NCBI GenBank assembly: GCA_965204375.1
Contig: OZ241986.1
Location: 1,984,001 to 2,048,000 of the forward strand
Direction of reading: 5' to 3'
DNA: 64,000 bases
Source of the DNA: Candidatus Latescibacterota bacterium
GTDB lineage: Bacteria > Latescibacterota > UBA2968
Shown: one piece after another, positions 21,735 through 30,153 of the stretch
Layout of the letters: each line of letters opens with the position of its first letter
How positions within the stretch are numbered: the first letter of the stretch is position 1
Translations under genes and position numbers: made by a program
The notes under the pieces: model-generated
What the model was told of the DNA's origin: nothing
What the model saw: the letters and a program-made list of their open reading frames with translations, nothing else
Database searches by the model: none

Positions 21735-21814
21735 TATCCGCAGAAAAAAACGCGAATGAGCGGTGTACAACTGGCCGCCTCTCAGGCCAGTTCATTTGAG
21801 CGTTTTTCGCAGAT
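21735..21814 (+). repeat. ~80-bp dispersed repeat with a bulged-hairpin core
   Basis: TATCCGCAG-AAAAAAACGCGAATGAGC-GGTG-TAC-AACTGGCC-GCCTCTCA-GGCCAGTT-CATT-TGAGCGTTTT..CAGAT. Near-identical to the reverse complement of 45154-45252. Confidence 0.85.
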
Positions 21815-21839
21815 GAATGAAGATTAAAATATTTTGAGT

Positions 21840-22418
21840 TCAGCCATTATGTTGCTCAGATTCTTCTCGTGCCCGTTGCAATAATTCAGACAAATTTAGA
21901 GATTCTGCCCAGTGGTTTAGGTAATTCCAATCTATCCGTTCGCCCTGTACTTTTAAGATACCCGATACATCCCGCCATTGCCGATCTGAAACTTCGCCAC
22001 CTTTTCGAAACCAGATCAATTTTTGCAATACAATATCCTCTGGCGTTGCCACGACCAATTGCATGTCGGCAATGGTTTGTGGCCTTCGACGACGCATTTC
22101 TTCGCGGTCAATTGCTTCAGAACCAAGTACAAAAATATCTACCTTAATCATTGTTTCGAGATGGATAACATTGAAGGAACTCTGCTGAGAGACAGCGCGA
22201 ATAACGTCTTCCTCTTCGATATAAAATGCGTTTTGGGTATTTGCAATGAGAGCTTGAATATGGTGATTCTTCAGTTCTGCAACCATGTCGATATCCTGTG
22301 TGGCGCGAGGCTCTCCGTAGATTGAACTGGCAATTGATCCTCCCACCAGATATGGAATATCCAGATTTTCAAAAATTTCAGCCATTTGCAGGGCGACGCA
22401 AAGGGGTTCAGAAATCAC
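21840..22418 (-). CDS. Pol-beta-superfamily nucleotidyltransferase (MenT/AbiEii-like putative toxin)
   Basis: YLVGGSIAS..YGEPRATQDIDMV (GG...DxD), KVDIF, EDIVLQKL and DRQWRDV motifs. Confidence 0.7.
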   Translation of the reverse strand: MISEPLCVALQMAEIFENLDIPYLVGGSIASSIYGEPRATQDIDMVAELKNHHIQALIANTQNAFYIEEEDVIRAVSQQSSFNVIHLETMIKVDIFVLGSEAIDREEMRRRRPQTIADMQLVVATPEDIVLQKLIWFRKGGEVSDRQWRDVSGILKVQGERIDWNYLNHWAESLNLSELLQRAREESEQHNG

Positions 22419-22419
22419 C

Positions 22420-22698
22420 TCAATAGCCCTCTTTGTGTGGATCCCATCCGAATGCTTTGATCATGGTCTGCCGGGGGAGCCGCAACGCGCCGAGGCGAAG
22501 GCGAATTTCTCGCTCATCTGCTTCGGGATACCTGCTGCGAATGCCCGCAACTGCAAGGTCTGTACACGCCTGAGAGAGTTGGGATATCTTCTCGGCTTTT
22601 TCGTGTGGTGTCATGCGCCGATACGCTTCAATGAGCAGGCGTTCTACCCCGGGATTCGTGTCCCGCGATTGTGTTTTATAAGCCATACGACTCTCCAA
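22420..22698 (-). CDS. Small helical protein, putative antitoxin partner of the nucleotidyltransferase
   Basis: 92 aa, 1 nt upstream of the NTase start. The GIRSRYPEADEREIRLRL segment is reminiscent of MenA1-type antitoxins (recall, not a search result). Confidence 0.6.
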   Translation of the reverse strand: MESRMAYKTQSRDTNPGVERLLIEAYRRMTPHEKAEKISQLSQACTDLAVAGIRSRYPEADEREIRLRLGALRLPRQTMIKAFGWDPHKEGY

Positions 22699-22719
22699 TC
22701 TGGACTATTACTTGTTCGT

Positions 22720-24816
22720 CTATTCCTCCATCGCATAACACTCAACCGCCGTATTTCCGGGCGTGCGAAATGCCCAGCCGGACATCGCGACCTCGGGCAC
22801 ATTGCGAAATGAATTTTTGACCAGATAAAACGAGGGCAATGCCCCCACCGTGCCGATAACCCACAGATTCTTTCGGTTCAAATCGATAATTTCTCCCATA
22901 AGCCGGATCTGTTCGGCTTCTTCAATCGTCTTCTCAATTTCCCAAAACAGCTCAATACACCGCCGAATATCTTTTGGGGGTTCTTCGCCGCGTTTTTTCT
23001 CCGTGCGATACCAGCGCGCGTAATCCACCGCGTGTACAGACTCATCGCTAAAGGGAACGAGCCAGCGCGGATCCAGAACAGCGATCTGTTCATCTGATCC
23101 ACCCCACACGCCAACATCGTGCAACAAACCCTTCTTGCGCTCGTAAAACAACTGCCGCGCTTCTTCCTTCACCTCTGACTGCACCCCCACCGCAGTCCAA
23201 TAGCTCGCCACCAGTTCCAGAATGCGATTATTCAGAGACGTCGTCTCAATATAGAGCTTAATCGGTTCGCCATCAGCCCGCAATCGCATGCCATTTCTTC
23301 CGCGTACCAAGCCCACCTCGTCGAGCAATGCGTTTGCGCGATCTGGGTCGTATTCGATATATGCGCGCTCGTAATCCGCATCGTAAAACGGCGACGATGG
23401 CGGCGGACAAACCTGCCTCGGCTTTCCAATCCCAAAATAATCCGCCTCGTTTAATTCAGCGCGATTCAGCGCGTGCGACAGGGCTTTTCTAAAGCGATGA
23501 TCCCCGATAATCCTCTTCATTTCCGGATCGCGGTGATTCAAATTCAACGCCAGAATATTTGATCCTGCCGATCCATTGATCCAGTGCACAACCCGATAAT
23601 CGCCCTTCTTTCTCCCCTCCATAAACAGCGGATAATTCTGGAACTGCAGGTGCCGCCCCTGCATGCCTATTTCCCCATTGATCGCCTTGAGATTAATAGT
23701 CTCGGGATCAAAAATCTCAAAGGTCATGCGGTCGATATACGGCAGTTGATTCCCATCGGGATCGACCTTCCAATAATAGGGATTGCGCTCCAGCACTGCC
23801 GGACGCGCAGGCGGCGGCGCAACCACAACCCACGGCCACAAACGCGGGATATCCGGATTGCGCCAATCGCGCATATCTTCAAAAAGCTGCTTCCACAAAT
23901 CAAAACCCGCAGCCTCACTCATCGTATCGAGCTTTTCCAAAGACGTGTACTTCGGATGAAATTGCTTCATATAATGGGCAGGATAGCGCAACATTTCATA
24001 ACCGCGCCCCGACGCCAATTTTTTGACAAATAACCCATTGGGTTCCAAAAACGTGAACCGCACCGTATAATCATCGACTTTCTCCAGCCCCATCACCTGG
24101 CCGCCCCGCTTAAAATCGCGCGGAACAACAGGCGTTATCTCCTCATTTTGCAACACATCCTCATACCAGAAAATGAGATCATCAACCGTAAACGGATGCC
24201 CGTCTGACCACCTGACCCCTCTGCGCAAATAAAATGTAAAACTGCGTCCCCCATCGGCCACCTCCCACCGCACCGCCAGATTGGGGATTACCTCCTGCGC
24301 CATCGCATCCCACCGAACCAGACCTTCATACGCAAACCGGGCTTCGACAATACCCACATCGCGGGGACCCGTGGCAAACCGCGTCCACGTCCCACCATAA
24401 GGCCCATGCTGTTGCGGCGGCACAATAACCAGAGGATCTTCCGGCAGGCGTTCCGACACGGGCGGCAGGATCCCCTCTTGCACCCGCTGGGCGAGCAAAG
24501 GCGCTTCGCCGAATCGTCCCCCCGACCATTCCATCACCCGATGCACTGCCCCCGTTGCCTCGGGATGGCGATTGGGAATCTCAACATCCGCCATCACAGC
24601 CTCGAGATCGCGCTTCCCGTCTGCCTCCACCACAGGCACAACGCCATCCTCGGGCGCACGCACCAGACTGCCCATCACAGCCTCAAATTCCGATGCCCGT
24701 TGTATCGCATTCGGATCGCGCGGCGAAAGGTAAAACGCGACATACCCCATCCCCTGCACCAGAAGCACAAAACTGGCAAAAACACCGATAAGCGCGATCC
24801 ACACTTTGATTCCCAT
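22720..24816 (-). CDS. Family 5 ABC substrate-binding protein with N-terminal membrane anchor
   Basis: LPPVSERLPEDP, YGGT, WSDGHPFT and NPYYWKVDPDGNQLPYID motifs. Hydrophobic N-terminus. Confidence 0.9.
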   Translation of the reverse strand: MGIKVWIALIGVFASFVLLVQGMGYVAFYLSPRDPNAIQRASEFEAVMGSLVRAPEDGVVPVVEADGKRDLEAVMADVEIPNRHPEATGAVHRVMEWSGGRFGEAPLLAQRVQEGILPPVSERLPEDPLVIVPPQQHGPYGGTWTRFATGPRDVGIVEARFAYEGLVRWDAMAQEVIPNLAVRWEVADGGRSFTFYLRRGVRWSDGHPFTVDDLIFWYEDVLQNEEITPVVPRDFKRGGQVMGLEKVDDYTVRFTFLEPNGLFVKKLASGRGYEMLRYPAHYMKQFHPKYTSLEKLDTMSEAAGFDLWKQLFEDMRDWRNPDIPRLWPWVVVAPPPARPAVLERNPYYWKVDPDGNQLPYIDRMTFEIFDPETINLKAINGEIGMQGRHLQFQNYPLFMEGRKKGDYRVVHWINGSAGSNILALNLNHRDPEMKRIIGDHRFRKALSHALNRAELNEADYFGIGKPRQVCPPPSSPFYDADYERAYIEYDPDRANALLDEVGLVRGRNGMRLRADGEPIKLYIETTSLNNRILELVASYWTAVGVQSEVKEEARQLFYERKKGLLHDVGVWGGSDEQIAVLDPRWLVPFSDESVHAVDYARWYRTEKKRGEEPPKDIRRCIELFWEIEKTIEEAEQIRLMGEIIDLNRKNLWVIGTVGALPSFYLVKNSFRNVPEVAMSGWAFRTPGNTAVECYAMEE

Positions 24817-24898
24817 AAAGAACCATCTCTAACTGTCTGAATCGCGGATTTTCGCGGATTCAGGGATTTCACAGATTAAATGCAAATTATTCCTTCTC

Positions 24899-24959
24899 AT
24901 CTGTATTTATCTGTGTCCATCTGCGTCCATCTGCGTCCATCTGCGTCCATCTGCGGATA
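24899..24959. repeat. Six-unit ATCTGCGTCC decamer tandem array ending in ATCTGCGGATA
   Basis: atctgtattt atctgtgtcc atctgcgtcc atctgcgtcc atctgcgtcc atctgcggata. Confidence 0.85.
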
Positions 24960-24962
24960 CCC

Positions 24963-25700
24963 TCACCTACTATACACCCCACTGACAAACTTCTCAATCT
25001 CATCTCGCCCCCGCGCAATCGCTTCATCGACAAAACGCGCTTTTATATTCTCATCAAAAAACGCATCTGCCCGCCCCCTGTTCTCAGCAAGACGCTTTTC
25101 CAAATCATCGGACGGGGGACGACCAATCATCTTGAGAAATATACGCTCGAGAACAACGGGGTCTGCATTCTCGGCCCAACCACGCGCGCGCATCACAAAT
25201 CGAGACACTGTTTTGCGATCAATAAACCCCACCTCTCCACGCCCTTCAAACCGATCCAGCACCTCCGCGACACCTGGATACACAATGGGCAATTCATCTA
25301 CATAGGACCACAACCCGTAAATAATGGGCCGCCAGTCTTCAACACCGTGGACGTGAATCGTCACCTCATCCCGAAACGCTTCATCCGTCGTCAAATGCGC
25401 GATATACCCCATCAACAAAACGCGATCTCGCGGATCCATATTCTGATAATCCGCCAGATCGGGATGCGCTTCAAACATACCCGAAACGGACTTGCCCCAC
25501 GTCTCGCGCCGATCCTCTTCATAAAAATGCGATCTGTACTTGCCCATCTTCCCCAGCAAACGCATCGCATCCGGCGCCATAGAACCCGCCACAAGCTCAG
25601 GCAAATACCGCCCGCTCAATGCACCTACCTCAGGCAAATCGCGCTCAAGCTGCTCCTGCAACCCGAGCACCAGCGCAAAATGACACCGCCCACGAGGCAT
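24963..25700 (-). CDS. Zinc-dependent phospholipase C-like family protein
   Basis: N-terminal MP...H, GSMAPD, H in RSHFY and GYIAHLTTD metal ligands. Confidence 0.65.
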   Translation of the reverse strand: MPRGRCHFALVLGLQEQLERDLPEVGALSGRYLPELVAGSMAPDAMRLLGKMGKYRSHFYEEDRRETWGKSVSGMFEAHPDLADYQNMDPRDRVLLMGYIAHLTTDEAFRDEVTIHVHGVEDWRPIIYGLWSYVDELPIVYPGVAEVLDRFEGRGEVGFIDRKTVSRFVMRARGWAENADPVVLERIFLKMIGRPPSDDLEKRLAENRGRADAFFDENIKARFVDEAIARGRDEIEKFVSGVYSR

Positions 25701-25863
25701 CTGTCTTCCTTCCTTAAAGAACCTGCCATCACTTGCAATAGCAGTTTACACGAAACCGACTATTTGAGCACAGTTATCCCAATCAGCGCAAAATTGAGTT
25801 GATATCCTATGGGGCACATGTATAGTCATAGAACTCGCGATTGTCAACCGAATCGGCAAAAAC

Positions 25864-25888
25864 GGGCGACCACAAGGATCGCCCCTAC
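25864..25888 (-). repeat. GTAG-type REP-like hairpin
   Basis: Minus strand reads GTAG-GGGCGATC-CTTGT-GGTCGCCC. Confidence 0.7.
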
Positions 25889-25908
25889 ATTTTATTTTTT
25901 TGTGTCCC

Positions 25909-26772
25909 TTAGTGTCTTTTGTGGATTTCACGTCTCACCTCATAAGCACCCGCATCATCTCGTCGCAATCCTCCCCAGGCAATATCCGGATCGTGCGGCC
26001 ACACCATAACCCAGTTCTCGGAAACTGCCCTCTCCATAACCTCTTGCTTAACCAGATAGGTCTGCCGCGGATACAGATCGTAAGCCATCACATAAATCGG
26101 CTTTAGATGATGCGTCGTAGGAATCAAATCCCCCACAAAACAGAACGTATCTTCACCCGTATGCACCAACACAGATTGATGCCTGCGGGTATGCCCTGGC
26201 GTAACTATGACCTCAACAAAAGAACAAATACTCTCATTCCCATCCAACAGCGAAAGCACAGGTGACAGCGGCCTCATTACCTCGTCGTATCGGTACCCAT
26301 TCACCGTCTGCCCATCGGCATTCTCCGCATCCTCCCATTCGCCCTCTTGCACATAATAAGTCGCATTTGGAAAAGCGGGCACATATTCCTCTCCCTCTTG
26401 CACCGTACAACCCCCGGCATGATCCTGATGCAAATGCGTCAACACAACCCGCGTAATCTCCTCGGGCGCAATATGCAGTGCCTCCAGAGATGCCATGAGG
26501 CCATCCGACTCATCGAGCGCGTAAATCTCCCGCAACTTCTCCGTCACCTTGCCCCCAAACCCCGTCTCAATCAGCACGACCTCACCCCGCCCTCTCACAA
26601 GCAAACAATTCATCGTCAACCCAATGCGATTGCGCTCATCGGGCGGATAACACCTCTCCCACAGCGGACGGGGCACAACCCCAAACATCGCGCCGCCATC
26701 CATCCTCACCTGCCCGGCAGATAAAACCCACACATCGCAACCACCACTTTGCTTATAATCTACAATCGCCAT
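25909..26772 (-). CDS. Metallo-beta-lactamase-fold hydrolase (YtnP/AHL-lactonase-like)
   Basis: DGGAMFGVVP, THLHQDHAGG, TPGHT and GDLIP motifs. True start ATG 26772 after GGAG; the ORF-track extension runs through the IS left end. Confidence 0.88.
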   Translation of the reverse strand: MAIVDYKQSGGCDVWVLSAGQVRMDGGAMFGVVPRPLWERCYPPDERNRIGLTMNCLLVRGRGEVVLIETGFGGKVTEKLREIYALDESDGLMASLEALHIAPEEITRVVLTHLHQDHAGGCTVQEGEEYVPAFPNATYYVQEGEWEDAENADGQTVNGYRYDEVMRPLSPVLSLLDGNESICSFVEVIVTPGHTRRHQSVLVHTGEDTFCFVGDLIPTTHHLKPIYVMAYDLYPRQTYLVKQEVMERAVSENWVMVWPHDPDIAWGGLRRDDAGAYEVRREIHKRH

Positions 26773-26909
26773 ACGCACATCTCCAACTTTGCACTTCGCA
26801 CTTACCCAATAGCCCGTAAAGCCCACGAGCTTTAGCCGTGGGATGCAAGGGCTTCCTTTCTTACCCCTGATTGATTCTTTCAGGGGGTATATGAGCGTTG
26901 CCATATCGC

Positions 26910-26938
26910 TTGACAAAAATGATACATAAGTGTATATT
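26910..26938 (+). promoter_or_regulatory. Sigma70 promoter of tnpB (probably leaderless)
   Basis: TTGACA-17 bp-TATATT, with ATG 6 nt after the -10 and no SD sequence. Confidence 0.6.
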
Positions 26939-26944
26939 TTAATT

Positions 26945-28063
26945 ATGGTTAAGTCCTTCAAATACAGATTGCGACCAACGAAAAAACAAGAGAATATCTT
27001 GCTGGCACATATTGACGAATGTCGCATATTATATAACCAGCTTATTGCCGCTCGGATACAAGCCTATGAGAATGGCAAAGAATCGCTGTCTTGCTATGAC
27101 CAGCAAAAGATGTTGCCGTTGCTGAAACAGCAATACAATGGTTTTGTGAAAGTATATTCTCAAGTTCTCCAGCAAGTCGCGGTACGTGTTGATCTGGCAT
27201 TCAAAGGATTCTTTCGCCGTCTCAAAGAGAAAGCAAAGACGGGCGAAAAGGCTGGCTTTCCCAGATATAAGGGACAGAATCGCTATGATTCTATCACGTA
27301 TCCTCAGTTTTCCAACGGTTGCCGATTGGACGATAAAGGCTTGAGATTGGGCAAAATAGGCTGTATCCGCATTGTCCAGCATAGACCTCTTGACGGTATC
27401 CCTAAATCTTGCACAATCACTCGCACTGCTACTGGCAAATGGTTCGCGTCTATCCCTTGTGATATGGGCGACGCGCCTGAAAAGCGTGACGCTGTGCAAC
27501 CCGTTGGCATTGACGTTGGTCTCACTTCCTTTGCTGTAACCAGTGACAAAGAACAGGTTGATAATCCTCGTTTCTTTAGAAAAGAGGAAAAGTCTCTTGC
27601 CAAAGCACAGAGAAAATGGGACGCAGTGAAAAAGGGTTGTCCAAAGAGGCGCGAGAAAGCGCGTAAGACCGTTGCCAGGGTGCATGAGCGTATCCGTAAT
27701 AAGCGACATAACTTTGCCCATCAAGAAGCAAGAAAAATGGTCAACCGCCACGGCTTTATAGCCGTAGAGAAGTTGAGCGTTAAAGAGATGCAAAAGAACA
27801 GGCGATTGTCTAAATCAATAGCAGACGTAGCATGGTCCCTGTTTCGGCATTGTCTCGAATACAAAGCGGAAGAAGCTGGTATTGGATTCAAAGCCGTCAA
27901 GCCTGATTATACGTCACAAGATTGCTCGGCATGCGGACACAGGGAAAAGAAATCTCTTTCTCAGCGTGTGCATCATTGCAAGGCATGTGGCTATACGACG
28001 GACAGAGACCATAATGCTGCGATAAACATATTGACGTTGGGGCTACAACGTCAGGTGGAATAA
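26945..28063 (+). CDS. tnpB: RNA-guided endonuclease TnpB
   Basis: KSFKYRLRPT N-terminus, RuvC D (GIDVG), E (AVEKL) and D (DRDHNAA), zinc finger CSACG...CKACG. Confidence 0.95.
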   Translation: MVKSFKYRLRPTKKQENILLAHIDECRILYNQLIAARIQAYENGKESLSCYDQQKMLPLLKQQYNGFVKVYSQVLQQVAVRVDLAFKGFFRRLKEKAKTGEKAGFPRYKGQNRYDSITYPQFSNGCRLDDKGLRLGKIGCIRIVQHRPLDGIPKSCTITRTATGKWFASIPCDMGDAPEKRDAVQPVGIDVGLTSFAVTSDKEQVDNPRFFRKEEKSLAKAQRKWDAVKKGCPKRREKARKTVARVHERIRNKRHNFAHQEARKMVNRHGFIAVEKLSVKEMQKNRRLSKSIADVAWSLFRHCLEYKAEEAGIGFKAVKPDYTSQDCSACGHREKKSLSQRVHHCKACGYTTDRDHNAAINILTLGLQRQVE

Positions 28064-28163
28064 CCACCAAGAAGCCCACTCGCAGAGTGCTTTAGCGTTG
28101 GGAGTAGTCACCCCTATATATCGTATCTTACTGACGTTACGCAGAGGCACAATATAATACGCC

Positions 28164-28295
28164 TGTCATTCTGAGCCGTAACGTAGTGGAGGCGAAGGAG
28201 CGGGGTACAACTGGCCGCTTCTCAAGCCAGTTCATCTCCTACCAACTCAGGTGGAAAAGATGCTTCGGCTCCGTTCCACTCCACTCAGCATGACA
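28164..28295. repeat. GTCAT-ended MITE-like palindromic element containing a nested bulged-hairpin repeat
   Basis: Terminal inverted repeats TGTCATTCTGAG / CTCAGCATGACA (11/12 match). Internal GGGG-TAC-AACTGGC-CGCTTCTCAA-GCCAGTT-CATC at 28202-28236. Confidence 0.7.
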
Positions 28296-28369
28296 AAAAC
28301 GCCAGACATGTGTAACATCAGTTATCTTATCCCTATAAAGAATATTTGCAACAAAAAACAGGAGGAACC

Positions 28370-29137
28370 ATGCCAGCAGCACTCGTCACCGGATCCAGCA
28401 GAGGCATCGGCAGAGGCATTGCGTTCTGCCTTGCCGACGCGGGCTACGACATCCTCGTCAACTACGCAGGCAACCAGGCAGCAGCAGAAGAAACCGCAAC
28501 AGGTATTCGGGAACGCGGACAAAACGTCCATATCTGTCAGGGCGACATAACCCGCATAGAAGATGGCAAACGCCTCGTGGATACCACACTCGACGCCTTT
28601 GGCCGCCTCGACCTGCTCGTCAACAACGCCGGCATTGCCCCCCGCGTGCGCGCCGACATACTCGAAGCCACCCCAGAAAGCTATGAAGACGTCATGAACA
28701 CCAACCTCAAAGGACCCTACTTCTTAACCCAATATGCGGCAAACCACATGATCGCGCTCAAAGAACAAGGCAAAATACAAACACCGCGCATCGTCGTCAT
28801 CACTTCTATATCCGCCTACACCTCTTCAACAGCGCGCGGCGAATACTGCGTCTCAAAAGCTGGCCTGAGCATGATGACGCGCCTATTTGCCGACCGGCTC
28901 GCAGAACACGGCATCCCCGTCAATGAAATCCAGCCGGGCATCATCCAGACCGACATGACAGGACCCGTAAAAGAAAAATACGACCACCTGATAGCCGATG
29001 GCCTGACCCCCATCCGCAGGTGGGGACAACCCGAAGACATCGGCAAAGTAGTAGCCGCCATTGGACTCGGCTATTTCGACTTCACAACCGGCGCAGCAAT
29101 CCCGGTTGACGGCGGATTCCACATGCACCGGCTTTGA
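28370..29137 (+). CDS. SDR family oxidoreductase (3-ketoacyl-ACP reductase-like)
   Basis: TGSSRGIG, NNAG, YCVSK and IPVDGG motifs. GGAGG RBS before ATG 28370. Confidence 0.92.
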   Translation: MPAALVTGSSRGIGRGIAFCLADAGYDILVNYAGNQAAAEETATGIRERGQNVHICQGDITRIEDGKRLVDTTLDAFGRLDLLVNNAGIAPRVRADILEATPESYEDVMNTNLKGPYFLTQYAANHMIALKEQGKIQTPRIVVITSISAYTSSTARGEYCVSKAGLSMMTRLFADRLAEHGIPVNEIQPGIIQTDMTGPVKEKYDHLIADGLTPIRRWGQPEDIGKVVAAIGLGYFDFTTGAAIPVDGGFHMHRL

Positions 29138-29271
29138 TTCAGTTTTTAAGCCATATTCCCCCATTTGGCTATTGATTTTTTGGGGTACGAGGTTGACATA
29201 TTTTCTCTTATATCGTACCTTATAAACAATCATAAAACATCGCAATTCTACGTTTTCAAGTGAGGACTCAA

Positions 29272-30051
29272 ATGCTGAAACGCTTTTTTAGTAAAAATGA
29301 CGAAGAACCAGAGAATGGTACAACAAAAGAAAGACAAATCCACATTGAAGGACAAGACGAGCACGTTCAGGAAGCCATGGACCTCCTCGCACAAGAGGAT
29401 CAAGATGAACTCGACGAAGCCCTTGACGAAGTTAATGAAACCGTAAGAGAAGCCGCCAGAGCCTCCCTGCGCGACCTGAGACTCATGCAAGAGGGCCACT
29501 GTCCATCCTGCGGCCACAAAACACTGCGGCAATTTCTCTTTACAACGGTGTGTTCCAGTTGCGGTTGGTTTTCATTCATCTCGCCCGAAGAAGGCAAATC
29601 TCACATCCATCTGCAAAGTGGGCGCACCATCGAATGCGGCACCACATTCGACACCAAAGGCGACTTTGTACTTGGCATCACAAGCGGTGTGGTTCGCGCC
29701 AAAGTACCCAAGGAAAATGTCGAATATATCGAATTTTCCTGGACCGACGAAGAAGTCCGGCGCAAACGCGAATCCCGCGCCAAAGAGGAAACGGGAATAT
29801 GTAGCTGGTGCGAAAAATCGCTCGCAGATGATAATGATGCAAATGTCATTGTCTATGCGGCTTTTGGCTCCACCCAGGAGCGCTATGTCTTCTGTTCGGA
29901 CAAATGCAACGAAGCATTCCAAAAACAATACCCCATTCGCATTCACAAAAATTGCTACGAACGCTCCTGCCTCGATTGCGACCTGTGCAACAAACGCTAC
30001 CTGGGCGAAGACGAGACCTTTCTCAAATTGCTCGAGCAAGGGAAAGTGTGA
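29272..30051 (+). CDS. Hypothetical Cys-rich multi-zinc-finger protein
   Basis: CPSC..CSSC, CSWC..FCSDKC and HKNC..CLDCDLC clusters. It has its own promoter (TTGACA at about 29193) and terminator. Confidence 0.7.
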   Translation: MLKRFFSKNDEEPENGTTKERQIHIEGQDEHVQEAMDLLAQEDQDELDEALDEVNETVREAARASLRDLRLMQEGHCPSCGHKTLRQFLFTTVCSSCGWFSFISPEEGKSHIHLQSGRTIECGTTFDTKGDFVLGITSGVVRAKVPKENVEYIEFSWTDEEVRRKRESRAKEETGICSWCEKSLADDNDANVIVYAAFGSTQERYVFCSDKCNEAFQKQYPIRIHKNCYERSCLDCDLCNKRYLGEDETFLKLLEQGKV

Positions 30052-30094
30052 GAAAGCGGTCAGCAATCAGCCCGCTAACCCCACTCCAAAATCA

Positions 30095-30133
30095 AACCCC
30101 CATCGCAATAACACGCGATGGGGGATTTTTTTT
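30095..30133. terminator. Probable bidirectional intrinsic terminator
   Basis: CCCCCATCGC-AATAACAC-GCGATGGGGG hairpin with a T-run, between convergent genes. Confidence 0.7.
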
Positions 30134-30153
30134 AGGCGGTCTATCAGATGTGT

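Larger units (their letters stand above)
26806..28111 (+). mobile_element. Non-autonomous IS200/IS605-family element (IS1341-type, tnpB only) with IS608-like ends
   Basis: Left end TTAC|CCAATAGCCCGT-AAAG-CCCACGAGCTTTAGCCGTGGG. Right end GAAG-CCCAC...GCTTTAGCGTTGGGAGTAG-TCAC. No tnpA and no target-site duplication. Confidence 0.85.

Noticed and set aside
21762-21796. Classical integron attC call for the bulged hairpin
   Set aside because: It has AAC...GTT, but the boxes do not fit RYYYAAC/GTTRRRY, it is shorter than typical attC sites, and there is no intI. Kept as an unassigned repeat.
24899-24959. Possible CRISPR array
   Set aside because: 10-bp tandem units without spacers and no cas genes. 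No CRISPR array was seen anywhere in the window.
24880-25305. ORF starting with SVSICVHLRPSASICG
   Set aside because: The N-terminus is just the translated decamer array and the rest is antisense to the Zn-PLC gene.
26773-27027. ORF-track N-terminal extension of the MBL hydrolase
   Set aside because: It runs through the IS left end and antisense to tnpB.
26795-28129. IS insertion splitting a promoter (TTCGCA-17-TATCTT in the reconstructed empty site)
   Set aside because: Both hexamers match only 4/6, which is too weak without TSS data.
29205-29225. Partial match (TATATCGTA.CTTA) to the predicted TnpB guide
   Set aside because: The seed is mismatched, there is no adjacent TTAC, and the AT-rich promoter-like context explains it by chance.
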